A DNA stretch of 64,000 nucleotides from Laetmonice hystrix (Eukaryota): contig OZ249442.1 of assembly GCA_965235115.1 (NCBI GenBank), forward strand, positions 31,930,001 to 31,994,000, given 5' to 3'. The notes beneath the pieces are model-generated. The model ran no database searches. It saw only the letters and a program-made list of their open reading frames with translations, and was not told the origin of the DNA. Positions 38,697 to 51,939 of this stretch are shown here, one piece after another (the stretch's first letter is position 1; each line of letters begins with the position of its first letter). A program made the translations under genes and the position numbers.

Positions 38697-40859
38697 TGGC
38701 TTGTCGGACATGATTCCAAAGTTAGTGTCTCAGCTTGCCGGACATGATTCCAAAGTTAGTCTCTCAGCTTGCCTGACATGATTCCAAAGTTAGTCTCTCA
38801 GCTTGCCTGACATGATTCCAAAGTTAGTCTCTCAGCTTGCCTGACATGATTCCAAAGTTAGTCTCTCAGCTTGCCGGACATAATTCCAAAGTTAGTGTCT
38901 CAGCTTGCCGGACATAATTCCAAAGTTAGTCTCTCAGCTTGCCCGACATGATTCCAAAGTTAGTCTCTCAGCTTGCCCGACATGATTCCAAAGTTAGTCT
39001 CTCAGCTTGCCGGACATAATTCCAAAGTTAGTCTCTCAGCTTGCCTGACATGATTCCAAAGTTAGTCTCTCAGCTTGCCGGACATAATTCCAAAGTTAGT
39101 GTCTCAGCTTGCCGGACATAATTCCAAAGTTAGTCTCTCAGCTTGCCCGACATGATTCCAAAGTTAGTCTCTCAGCTTGCCAGACATGATTCCAAAGTTA
39201 GTGTCTCAGCTTGCCGGACATGATTCCAAAGTTAGTCTCTCAGCTTGCCTGACATGATTCCAAAGTTAGTCTCTCAGCTTGCCGGACATAATTCCAAAGT
39301 TAGTCTCTCAGCTTGCCCGACATGATTCCAAAGTTAGTGTCTCAGCTTGCCGGACATAATTCCAAAGTTAGTCTCTCAGCTTGCCTGACATGATTCCAAA
39401 GTTAGTCTCTCAGCTTGCCTGACATGATTCCAAAGTTAGTCTCTCAGCTTGCCGGACATAATTCCAAAGTTAGTGTCTCAGCTTGCCGGACATAATTCCA
39501 AAGTTAGTCTCTCAGCTTGCCCGACATGATTCCAAAGTTAGTCTCTCAGCTTGCCCGACATGATTCCAAAGTTAGTCTCTCAGCTTGCCGGACATAATTC
39601 CAAAGTTAGTCTCTCAGCTTGCCTGACATGATTCCAAAGTTAGTCTCTCAGCTTGCCGGACATAATTCCAAAGTTAGTGTCTCAGCTTGCCGGACATAAT
39701 TCCAAAGTTAGTCTCTCAGCTTGCCCGACATGATTCCAAAGTTAGTCTCTCAGCTTGCCAGACATGATTCCAAAGTTAGTGTCTCAGCTTGCCGGACATG
39801 ATTCCAAAGTTAGTCTCTCAGCTTGCCTGACATGATTCCAAAGTTAGTCTCTCAGCTTGCCGGACATAATTCCAAAGTTAGTCTCTCAGCTTGCCCGACA
39901 TGATTCCAAAGTTAGTGTCTCAGCTTGCCGGACATAATTCCAAAGTTAGTCTCTCAGCTTGCCGGACATGATTCCAAAGTTAGTGTCTCAGCTTGCCGGA
40001 CATAATTCCAAAGTTAGTGTCTCAGCTTGCCGGACATGATTCCAAAGTTAGTCTCTCAACTTGCCAGACATGATTCCAAAGTTAGTCTCTCATCTTGCCG
40101 GACATAATTCCAAAGTTAGTGTCTCAGCTTGCCGGACATAATTCCAAAGTTAGTCTCTCAGCTTGCCGGACATGATTCCAAAGTTAGTCTCCCATCTTGC
40201 CGGACATGATTCCAAAGTTAGTCTCTCAGCTTGCCCGACATGATTCCAAAGTTAGTCTCTCAGCTTGTCCGACATGATTCCAAAGTTAGTGTCTCAGCTT
40301 GTCCGACATGATTCCAAAGTTAGTCTCTCAGTTTGCCAGACATGATTCCAAAGTTAGTCTCTCAGCTTGCCCGACATGATTCCAAAGTTAGTCTCTCAGC
40401 TTGCCCGACATGATTCCAAAGTTAGTGTCTCAGTTTGCCGGACATGATTCCAAAGTTAGTCTCTCAGCTTGCCGGACATGATTCCAAAGTTAGTCTCTCA
40501 GCTTGCCAGACATGATTCCAAAGTTAGTCTTTCAGCTTGCCCGACATGATTCCAAAGTTAGTCTCTCAGCTTGCCGGACATGATTCCAAAGTTAGTCTCT
40601 CAGCTTGCCGGACATGATTCCAAAGTTAGTCTCTCAGCTTGCCGGACATGATTCCAAAGTTAGTCTCTCATCTTGCCGGACATGATTCCAAAGTTATCTC
40701 TCAGCTTGCCGGACATGATTCCAAAGTTAGTCTCTCAGCTTGCCGGACATGATTCCAAAGTTAATGTCTCAGCTTGTCCGACATGATTCCAAAGTTAGTG
40801 TCTCAGCTTGCCGAACATGATTCCAAAGTTAGTCTCTCAGCTTGCCCGACATGATTCCA
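38697..40859. repeat. 34-bp tandem satellite, ~63 units, in the Cas intron
   Basis: Unit GACATGATTCCAAAGTTAGTCTCTCAGCTTGCCG. Confidence 0.98.
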
Positions 40860-43800
40860 ATAGGGCCCTTTGAGAAGGAAGTGTAGGACCCAAAATTCAG
40901 CTGTCGTGACATTAAATACGGGTTGGTACTAAAACTATACATATTACAAGAACTGACACGTGGGAAGTGACCGCCCCCTTTGAACGATAAACCACACACC
41001 CAGCAGACAATATCTACAGATCAGGCAGCTGGTGATCCTATTAGATGATGTTTTCATAGACCGATGGAAAACACATTCTGTTTTTTTCACGTGGTTCCCT
41101 TCATTTCCTAACCGTGGAAACTGCGTGATTTCCTGTCCCAAGTTTAGGACTTCTTGCCCTTCTATCTCTTTGAGACTTTTATGTGTGTAGATTCTAGAAC
41201 TTTAATGTTCTGACGATTTTATGACTAACAGCAGGCAAGGTGGCCATTCTCTAGCGTGGAATGCGATTTGCCGAAAAAGTATCCTGCTGAGAATAGAAAG
41301 GAATGTGTAAGGTTTGCGTTAATGAAAACATTTTCACATCAGTCAGGAATGTGGGAGGGGTGTGAGGCGGGGGCGGTCTGGTGGTATGAGGCCATGTCCT
41401 CACATAATGGGGGTCACTCATTACAAGCGACCCCTAGCGGGGAGCAGATGAACCAACTCCGCCCAGACAGTCCCGGACAGTCTCCGGGAGACGTGTGTGC
41501 CGTGTGTGTGACGTACGTGTGTGTGCCCTTTCACACTATTTAGGCCCGTCGAATTTAACCCTAGTTATGGATTTCGCCGGTAGATGTCTCTGGTCGCCAA
41601 CCGTTACGTCATCCCTCAATCGTGTCGCTCTAACCGCAGTCCATGTGACGGTGAACTTTGAAGTGGAGGTCAGTTACAAAAAAGGCAGTGGAGTGAACGG
41701 TTTATATATAACCACATGATGACTTTATATTTAGACTTTTAGACCCATATTACAAGTGTGGAGACAGAACATGCCGTGGGTTAACGGAAGATTTTTCAAG
41801 GTCCGTTAAAAAAAAGAAAAGGAAGATTTCGTTAGCTTTGAGGATGTTGATATCATTCTTGGCAGGAATGATAAGTTGATATTGAACCAGCGGCAAGCTT
41901 AGTAAGACAAGCATGATTCACTGTCTCTTTATGCGGGACCTTTTTATTAGGAGAAAGGGACATGATATATAGTTTCAAATGAAAAGGGGGAGAATTAACC
42001 GTAGTGGAAGGAAGATTGATGTAGTTTTGAAAACGTCTATGAGAACAAGAATACCTTTTGACGTGAGTCGTGCTGACAGAGGGATATCGGCGGTGGTACC
42101 CGCGGACAATCACTGTCAATATTTGACATTTAGAGCAGATTTTTCCCAGGCACACGAAAGGAGTAAACACTGATTCACAGGGGAAAGATAAGTGTTAATG
42201 TGATGTTTTGCCAACCGCTACAACGTGTTTGTCAGTAGCGGGGCACAGTTTTAAAATGTTTCTTAGGTACAGGCCTCAATGTAGAAGGAGCAATTTGAGT
42301 GGTGAATTAGTCCGAAATTAGTCTAAAAGTAAAGGCAGCCCCAAGGATACTTAGAGATCGAAAAGGTTAGTGTTGGTGCGTGAGTAGGAAATATTGACAA
42401 GAAGTTAGATTTACTGGGGGCGGGGAGGGGTTCTTTAATAAGCAAATAAATGACATCTGGTAGGTCATAAATTATCTTTTACACGCCCTTCACTTTGATA
42501 TTGGTGGCAAGTGAAGACGAATGATCCGCCCACATTGAATTTTGCACCCTTCAAGTTGTATGAGCCACGCTGATTGGTCCTGACAGCAGTCATGTGACCC
42601 ATCGACCCGCCATCAGGAATAGCAGTGTAGGTCTATGGCGAAATCAAGACGGAAGTTTTTGAACAACAGTGCTCCAGCCAGCCAGTCTAGAATACAGCGC
42701 TCGGGAAATACAAAACACAGTGGCGAGCATCAGCTTTCTGTGTGTTGCCTTTTCATAATGTATTGAAGCCAGTACAGCTTTTATAAATATTCTTACTATA
42801 TTAAGCTGCGCAGTCAGCTCAAATTACTCCGACTGAGATCCTTTATTGTTACACATTATTGACTACACCAGAACTACACCGTAACCAGAGCGTATACAAC
42901 ACAAACGTCAAGGAAGTCAAGAGTACTGTGTAAGCATGGGTGTCACTCTTAAAGGGTGTATTTACAATCTGACCTGTATATATATTGTGTACATACACTG
43001 TGATTAATGCCTATCCTGTTGCACTGTACAGCAGTAGTCAGTGAGTTTTCGATCTGTGAAACCTGCTCTTGTACATATTATGCCTGTGTGTGTTATGTAG
43101 ACGTACCATTATGTCTTTCAGCGGGTCCCAATGGTACGACACGTACCCACAAACAGGGAGAAACGACGCACCATCTGCGTAAGTGTCTGCTAGTGACTAA
43201 GCATCTGTGCTCCAGATGCAGATGCATAGCCTGACACTAACAGACTTCCCATACATCATATATACCCGCCCCTTTGCCAATTGACACTTTACATGATGGG
43301 TTTGACAGTAACAATAACATGTTCATTTTCCAAGGGTGTGTGACTTGGCCATCGCTAATCCACATGTGACTTTTTCCCGCCTTTGTTTTAGAGTTTCGAG
43401 GCAGGGATGCTGCTATAGCTTAGTGCAGAAATAGTTATTGTTAAACTTTCAGGTAGAGTCATAAAGCAAGGAAAGCATTATGTAATTGATTTCTTATTAC
43501 ATTGCTTTCCTGTTCTGACAGCTTCATGTTTGAAATTGCGTTTTTTTCCTTCTGTTGTTCGCAAGAGGTAGACTAAAAATATGTGTAGGTGGTGTGACTG
43601 CTTGAATGGAGTGATTGATTTTCTGTTAAAACTTAGTGTTTCTGTTTCGTGACTACCATATGTTTGGATATAGTGTATATATGGTTTTTGCCATAACAGT
43701 TCTTACCATGTTTAGTAGAAGTATGTGTGTGTGTTGTTTGGTAGAACACATTTACAACGGTACCAACGTCAAACAGGAGAGATACGCAGTGAGACTGAAG

Positions 43801-45166
43801 AGAAGAATTTTCAGGTGATTTTCAAGACCTTTGGCAAGGATCAGTGCACCCAAGATCCAAACGGAGTCGGGTTCATGAAAACTATGAAAGCTAAGAGATA
43901 TTTCCCGCAATTATTTATTGAGCCTTAGAAGCCATCTACAGATCGTATCGTGCTGGGATGAGGAGAGTTCCGGTCGGATGACGTAGGACCCCGAACACGT
44001 GGTCGCAGTATGCGCCACCTTCCTTACCTTACGTGAACCGTACGATACGGAGTCCCAAGGTCACAGCCAAGGTCACATATTCACCCTTGTCGACATGACG
44101 GGACGCATCGTGTGGACGCGTCACACAAAGACCTGGCGGTGTAAAATGACGTCCCACACTTGTCATAGTGATACTATCAAGAGTCACCGGCCTAGAGGTC
44201 GTTAGAGGTCACCGCTAGGGGTCGCTGTTCACTGGCCAGGTGATTGGATTGATAGATGGGTCCAGTGGTCAGGACCAGATGTCAGCATAGTCCCACAGGG
44301 TCATGGCTCCGGCCGTGGTTAGCAGATTTTTCCACTTATTTTGAGATTTACAAATATGCCAGAAATTCAAAGAGGTTCATGACAGCGTGCGTTTTCCGTT
44401 CCTGCACAGATTATGTTTTATGGGAAGTGTGTGTGTTGAGATGTAATTCGGGAAGGGTTCTCTCCCAAGGGAGCGTATGATGTTGAGAAACATGGAGGTG
44501 AAAATAGGGGAGCGAAACGTTAGCCTAGGCTTTGCGGCTTACAGCTGTTATATTAGACGGGGGAGAGAATATTCACCCCCAGCGGGAGACGGGGGAGGAG
44601 GGTGATAAGGTTCACAACCACCTGATACAGAGCCACTCCAAGCCGGCCCAATCGGGTACCGCAGCCTCGAACTGAGGGCGGCGGTCGCCTAGCGTTGGAA
44701 ACGTAAGCTTCCGGTTTACAGAGCTAACTACCGACCGATAGGTGGCGTGGTGATCGGACACGGAAAAAGAATCGTAGGTGTGGGCGTCTGTGACCCCCGA
44801 GGTCATAGAAACGCTATCATTGATCACATGGAGGACAGGTGTTGCTGTGTATACAACCAGCTTGGTTTGGCCCTGGAGGAGGCCAGTGTAATAGAACTAC
44901 CGTGTTGTGTTCATTTCCAGTAAAGGTAATCTTAATCATTTCCAATCAAGGTATTCTCATGTATTTTAGCTTTATTCCTTCCATTCGTACTGTCAGGGAT
45001 ATTCTGCTGTGATATGTTGGCACCCGATAGGTTTATAGGCTTGGAGAACATGGACAGATTCATCACAACCTTCAACAAATCGAGCGGTGCTCATTGGAAC
45101 CTGAGCCTTCTATTTGTCCGTAACAGCGAGTGATTGTAATATTCACCTGCCGTGGTACCGACCCGG

Positions 45167-45560
45167 AGTGACAGTGGTTTCACAAAGTGACCGTGCATGG
45201 TTTCACAAAGTGACAGTGGTTTCACAAAGTGACCGTGCATGGTTTCACAAAGTGACCGTGGTATCACAAGGTGACCGTGTTGTCCCAAAGTGACAGTGTT
45301 GTCACCGGGTGGCCTTGATATCCCGGAGTGACAGTGGTTTCACAAAGTGACAGTGGTTTCTCAAGGTGACCGTGGTGTCACAGGGTGACTCTGATCTCCC
45401 GGAGTGACAGTGGTTTCACAAAGTGACAGTGATGTCCCGGAGTGACAGTGGTTTCACAAAGTGACAGTTGTTTCACAAAGTGACAGTGATGTCCCGGAGT
45501 GACCGTGGTTTCACAAAGTGACAGTGGTTTCTCAAGGTGACCGTGGTGTCACAGGGTGGT
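45167..45560. repeat. Irregular ~19-bp minisatellite
   Basis: AGTGACAGTGGTTTCACAA and variants such as GGAGTGACCGTGGT, interspersed. Confidence 0.9.
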
Positions 45561-48500
45561 GTCAGACAGCTCGGCACACTGACAGCAGTACTTGGGTCAG
45601 CTCCACATGTCTTACACATTCCCACAGCCGTCTATAACATATGTAAACCAGGCTTGGTGCCGTATTGTATACATGTTATAGCGTGAATGATTTATTATAT
45701 GACCTGATTTGTCTCTGATTGAGATTTATCTCTTCCAATCGATAGAATGTTTTGTCATGGTGGCTGAATGCGGGGGTGTGAGCATGACGTATTCAGGGAC
45801 ATAGTCCTTTACGTTATCCTGTCTCTCTGTAACTGATCTGTTTGACCTCGACCTCTGACCCCAGGATCAATGGAGGGGGGTCGGATTATTGTTCTGTATT
45901 CTAGGGTCAAGTTCAGGGCGATAACAACGTGTTTAGTGGTTTCCGGTAAGTGTTAACTCTGATTTCGTTCAGGATAAAAAAAGGGGAATCTGAATTTGTG
46001 GTCACAAGGTGCTCAGTGTGACAGAAACGTGGGGTGGCTCTCCCATGTTCTCTGGTTGTCTCCCATGTTTGTGCCTTTCAAAGATGATACAGTTGATGAC
46101 GGTGCTGTTGGTGTGTGATGTTGTCATGTAAACAAATCATGAAACAAAAAGTACAAATCCAGCCAAATGAGCTGCGTGTGGTTGAGGCGGCTCAGTTGTG
46201 GCGTGAGGTCGAATGGGAAGTCAATGGAGGGAGGGAGGATCACAGCTGATGGCTAAAACACGGACTGGGACGTCTGGATGGGATCACAAGTCACATGACC
46301 CGAGACATTTAGACACTGGAGGATCCAACAGTCTATTTCAATAGGATAGTTCGGCCTACATTACCAAACTAAAGAAAAACGGACTCTGACGGCCAGGTTT
46401 TTGAATACAGAGCTACTTGTGCCATGTCAGTCTGGGTGAGTGAATGAATGCTCATGTCGGTACCTCAGGACGAGGGGGGGGGGGTACACCGCAGTGAAAA
46501 ACCACCCAGACCGGAGACAGAGATGGTAATTGTGGCCTGGCGGGCAGGGTAAAACATGTGGTCCACACGCCGGTCGGTAGGGGAGGCTGCTTCCCGACAT
46601 TTACCAACAGTGATCTAGGCACCAAGTGGTTGTTTGAGCAAAAGAGGAAAATAAAAAAAATACGGGAAGGGTGAAATTAATGGTTGTAATGATATTTTGT
46701 AGGAAGCTGTGGGGTGCACAGGAACGTCCGTCTACCCCTCCAGGGGTGGGGAGAATTTTTAGGCGGGACCTTAAAGGTGGAGGGTTGATTGAACAACCAA
46801 GCTATATCTGTGCATGACTGACTTTATATCGTACCGTACTGGCACAGTCTGAGAACACCGAGACATACACCTTCAAACATAGGGGTCTAACAAAACATCC
46901 GCTGATATGTCTCAGTGTCTAGCTCGGGGTGCAGAAGTCTGGAGCCTGTGGGGGAAGATAATTTCAGTTTTAACCGCAATGTATTGTTGGAGTGTGGGTA
47001 AAATGTGGACAACATGGGTGTCAGAAAGATAGCGTTGTCCTGGCCGACTGGTAACAGTAGGGATTAGGTACGGTGGGTTGGTTTCAATGAGTTTACAGTG
47101 TTTTTATCTGACGAACTGATAGTCTGAACCATGACGGTTTCTTCACAAATGGAACACATTGTTCCCTTGACCAGACCAACTTTCTAAGATTTAGGTCAGA
47201 GAAAGTCTTTAGAAACGATCTGGAGATGTTTATCTTGAGACATATATATGTGAGGATGTGGGCAATTTATGCCGTTCTAGCGGTGGAGAAGTGAGATCAT
47301 AGGAAGAGTAAAACTGGGGGTAATCTGGTTGGGGGACGGGAGGGGGGAGGGGCGGGCCTCAGGTCTAGACGTTTACAAACTCTATTTGTATGCCCCGGAT
47401 CAAAGATCAGATTTGATACTCCATGGAAAGCCCAGATCGGACAGAGATTTAAACTTTGTAAAGAGAATCGCAGTTTCTCGGGAAAAAGGAAAGTACGAAG
47501 ACCCAGGATAACGTTTTGCGACACGTGCAGCCTTGTCAGCTCCGGTGGCCTTTTCATTGACTGGAGTTTCTGCCCGCAATGTCACATGGGAGGGAGAAGT
47601 AAAGACTTAGGTATGGATGGCCAGCCTGACACGTCCAGCAGAACCCATGCGGTTGATGGGACTGTCGCCGTGGAGGAGATATATGTAAGAGGAAATAACA
47701 AGGAGGTCGGGTGAGAGGCTCAGGTGTACGGCTAGTCTGGTGTCATTACCCGACGGGACAGTCCGGCTGGGTGTCATTACCCGACGGGACAGCCCGCTTG
47801 TCAGGTGTTTGAGAGCCGCGGAGGGGGACGTACGGATGGCGGAATGGCCGGACTTGGTGGAGCTGCCCGTCGATTGGTTGAAACGTTCTTTGCGTACAGA
47901 AACTGGACGCTGGTGTCCATGACAACAGCCTCGGTCTGACTTCAAAGGATACCGCCCCCGCCAGATGATACACTTTTATGATAACTAACTGATAATATAA
48001 GTACAGGCTCCCTGAGGCTTTGATCCAACCGGGGATAAGTTGCTTCCCTCATCATTACAAGCTTGACTCGTAAAATGTAACGATATGATAAAAAAAATCG
48101 CCATCAAACATATCCTAAATGGTGGTATAGTAGTTATGCGTTGTAATGTGATTTTGCCTCCGGTAATTTTATCCCCGTGTTTTCCTTTCATCAGAGACAT
48201 GGAGGTTGGGATTCTCGTTAACCGTCTGGTCAGTAATTTACAACGTGTGAACATCGGAATAAAAACGTGTTTTATTTGTTGGCTTTGAGACGACAATTTT
48301 ATGGGGATGTCATGATTTTTTAGCACCTTTATGTAAAATTATGGCTGTTATATGGACATTAAACCTGATGAGGTCACGTCGTCCTTTGGGAATACACCAC
48401 TGATAGTAAGTCAGCTCAAGTAACCCGACATACCCTCTGGAGGGCAATGGATTTCGATTTTAATACAACTTGGATTCAATTGTATAAATTTACCCACTTA

Positions 48501-49359
48501 ACCACAGAAGCGGCCACCTTTTTGCGGGTGTTGTGAGGTAGACATGAGAGCTGGCATGAAAGGCTCGAGGTATCTAAGACCGAGCCGAGAGACGCTCGGC
48601 TGGTGTCGGGTGGAGCCAAAAAACGACCACAAAACAACAACCGCCGGCATAGGCCACTCAACGACGTGGGAAACCTATCCACCATGTGTGTATTGCTAAC
48701 TCTACCTGAGGCGTACAGCTCTCCCTCCCTCCTCACCCGGGATGCTCAGACTGGCCCCCTGTCACACGGTGAGGTAGAGTATGGAGTCATCCAGGTACAC
48801 GGTATACAAGTTACTGGTTACAATAAGGTAGCAGTTAGACAGCTGTAACTCCAACCCCACAGATGGGCAGTAATTCAAAGGTCGGCTCCAGGTGGTGGTT
48901 GGGGGTTCTCAGTGCTATACGTCAATCGTATCCACAGTGGCGACTTTCAACCAGGACCTGGGGCCCGTCTCACTAAAGGCTGGTTAATAAACAGATCGTT
49001 AAGTTAACATAGGAGTGAATGGAAGGCTGCTGGTTTCTGTAACCAGCAGAAACCAATACTTATAGTGCCGGGAAGTTGTGAACTTTACTAAGTCATGAGT
49101 GCACATCTTTACTCCCTCACCGGTACAGTATCAGTTTGGGCCATGTTATCCACAGACAGATGAAAGGGTTCTCTTTTTATTCTCACACTACAGACTAGAC
49201 CTTCTCACACCTGTCCACTTCCCCCTGGCTCCGTTAGGGGCTCAAGTCTGCCCGCCTGACTCCCCCACCCCCCGCCCCCGGCACTCAGACCCCACCATGT
49301 CAAGGTGCTTCAGGTAAACAGCCATGATATCAAAACATAGTGCATGGAGATAACGGGGT

Positions 49360-49470
49360 GCCTCAAGTATGGATTCTCAACATTTTTTTGGCCAGTGATA
49401 TGATGAGGCTGTGGATCTCCTCCATGGTGAAGGGCTCCGCCATGGAGGAATACTCCAGGTGATTTGTGCT
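49360..49470 (-). mobile_element. Possible decayed non-LTR retrotransposon ORF2 fragment
   Basis: The minus frame reads AEPFTMEEIHSLIISLAKK, similar to the PFTxEEIxxAIxxL motif preceding the LINE RT. It is flanked by stops and has no YADD motif. Confidence 0.25.
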
Positions 49471-49548
49471 AGCCTATCGACATAAGTGGGTATCTCGGAG
49501 CCTCCTAATCTCTCTTCAGCATACATGTACCTGTCTTCGTTACCCGCC

Positions 49549-49670
49549 ACCAGTGTGAACACTGACTGTTGAAAGTCGATTCTTGGTCAGTCTGAATATG
49601 GTCAACTTAACCAGTGTGAACACTGACTGTTAAAGTCGATTCTTGGTCAGTCTGAATATGGCCAACTTAA
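49549..49670. repeat. Tandem duplication of 61 bp
   Basis: ACCAGTGTGAACACTGACTGTT(G)AAAGTCGATTCTTGGTCAGTCTGAATATGG(T/C)CAACTTA occurs twice. Confidence 0.92.
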
Positions 49671-51372
49671 TTCTAGCACGACTAGACTCGATTTGCATCG
49701 TTACCGGATGACACAGTAAACCGCCCTTAGAAAGTCGCCCTCGGCATCTCAATCCGCCCTCACAAAGTTTGCCGCTTCACCGACCTCTCTTGCTAACCTC
49801 TGTAAGTACGAGAAGAGTAACGGTAGTTTGTAATTCACGGGGAGAGATGGAACTGATGGCGGAGTGGTGCTTAGTGGCAGAAACTCTGTCCACTGAGAGG
49901 AAAATTGGAGTGGGGAGACTGTTTGCAGCACTCGGTCCTGCACTTTGCTCAGCTGAAACCACTTGAGTGGTGTTTTGGTTGGTAGGCCTACTTAGGTCGG
50001 CTCGTAGGGAGACTGGAGGCAGCACTGGAGTACTCGCCCGCTAGTAGAAGTGCCTGAGGACAGGAGGGAGAAAATTGTGGCCATCCTGTCTCTGAGCCAG
50101 TACTTGTCAGCCTGGGAAAGTCGGCCCAGAGTGAACCAGCCCTGCAGGTCAGCCTGGAAAAGTTGGACCCGGGGGCTGTCGTCGTTTGGGCGTCTTTTAC
50201 TCAGTTTTTATCGGGGTCTTCAGAGTTTGAGTAATGTTAACCAATGATAAAAGATAGATATTTGAAAATCTAGGGCAGAGAATAATTTGTGACGCATCAT
50301 TGATTGAATGGTTGGCGTGGTTGTGTGGGGGAGGAGGAGGTTTGGAGGGGGGGGGGGGGCTGTTGGCCTGGAAATTCCTGAGACTCACTAATCATTGTGC
50401 CAGAATTTCTAGATGATAAAGGTCTAATTGATCGGGAGTAGATCCAGGTGTATGTCGGTGTTTACTGTGGTGAATTTCTATGGTACGTTGTCAGTAGATT
50501 TCTGCCTGACAGAACACGCCCCTCCCCCGCCTCATGTTGTGTGTCTGCACCACCGCACCTTCAACTCGACCTGGCCACTGGTGCAGGAGGAGAGCAGGGT
50601 GAACAGTCAGACATTCTGAGTAAGGAGTTCTAAATCAGGAGTATTTTTTTAAAAAACTTGCGTGAGTTATTGGTCCTTAACTCCTTTAAAAGGTTATCTC
50701 TCTTGAGGAGTCCTTGCTACCGAAAGAGGTAATAAATTCTGGCAAGTGATTTACCACGAGGGATCGCCACCGTAACTTTTAGAGATGTCTTCGCATTGGT
50801 AGAGGGACTAGACAGTTTCATACATACAGCCCCATATAACAGAAGTATTTTACATTACAGTGTATTCATAGGACAATTAAGATATTAAATGCATAAGGAA
50901 TCTGATGAGGGATGGATGATATCGTTGTGTCAGTGTGTCCCTGTGATCTTCAGGTCATAAACACGGCATGCCGTGTGACCAGGTGTGACTACACACGTGT
51001 GACCACACAGGTGTGTAGTTATGTGGTCACATATTGACTTAGTGCATGGCCGTGCTCCTATTGTCGCCGTAGGTAGGAACAGTGGTAACAGTTTCCGGTG
51101 GTGACCACCAGGTGACGTGAGGACAAGCTCAGTATTGGGTCTGGTGTTGTCGCAGTAAGTGCTCACGACGGAGGGTCTTCACGCGGGGAGCAAACCAAAC
51201 TGACTGACACTGAACATAGAAAGATGTCAGATTATCACCTGCTGGGATATATGTGATGACTTCGGTATTCTATAGTGGTCAAACTGACCAGTGACCCCTA
51301 GAACCCAGTCAAACTGACCGGTGACCCTGTTCCGGACTGACCACAAAGCTTACCAGTGTCATCGGGAGGACG

Positions 51373-51939
51373 ATGGAGGACACGGTGAAGTTGTTCAAGG
51401 AGGTCGGCGGGGTGATTCCTCCACCCTCCCGGGGAGACCTACACACCCTCGGCAGACAGTTTCTAACCCGCACTCAGCAGGGGTTGAAGAAAAGCTACGA
51501 AAACCTCTGCTCTTTAGGCTGTCACGGCTACTCCCCGGTCGTGGATTACCAGGATCTGGATAAATATTATCGGGATATGGTGATGCGTTATCCGGTCGTG
51601 GACGTGGTATCCCGTGAGGTTTGTGACGTCAGTGACCCCACTGACAGTGCGGTTCGTGATGTCGATGAGGCTACTGATGGCGCGCTTTGTGACGTCAGTG
51701 GGACTGAAAGTGCAGATTGTGACGTCAGTGGGCCTGATAGTGACGTGACGGGGACAGCCACCAACCAGCGTAGTGGACGACTTCAACACAATGATAGCAT
51801 TATTGTAAGGCGCTCCCAGGAAGGTACTCAGTTAACAAACCTGTATTCAGCCAGGATACCAAAGTCAAAGAGCAGTACCCTTCCTGCCCAGTGGTCTAAA
51901 TCCTGGAGGGACTGTGGCGGATTGGGCGAGGCAACGCGG
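51373..51939 (+). CDS. 189-codon ATG-initiated coding segment in the Cas intron: alternative first exon or nested single-exon gene (stop at 51948)
   Basis: Non-repetitive, protein-like N-terminus MEDTVKLFKEVGGVIPPPSRGDLHTLGRQFLTRTQQGLKKSYENLCSLGCHGYSPVVDYQDLDKYYRDMVMRYP. Kozak-like ACGATGG, phase-0 donor CGG|GTATGG, and an abrupt drop to AT-rich sequence afterwards. Confidence 0.6.
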
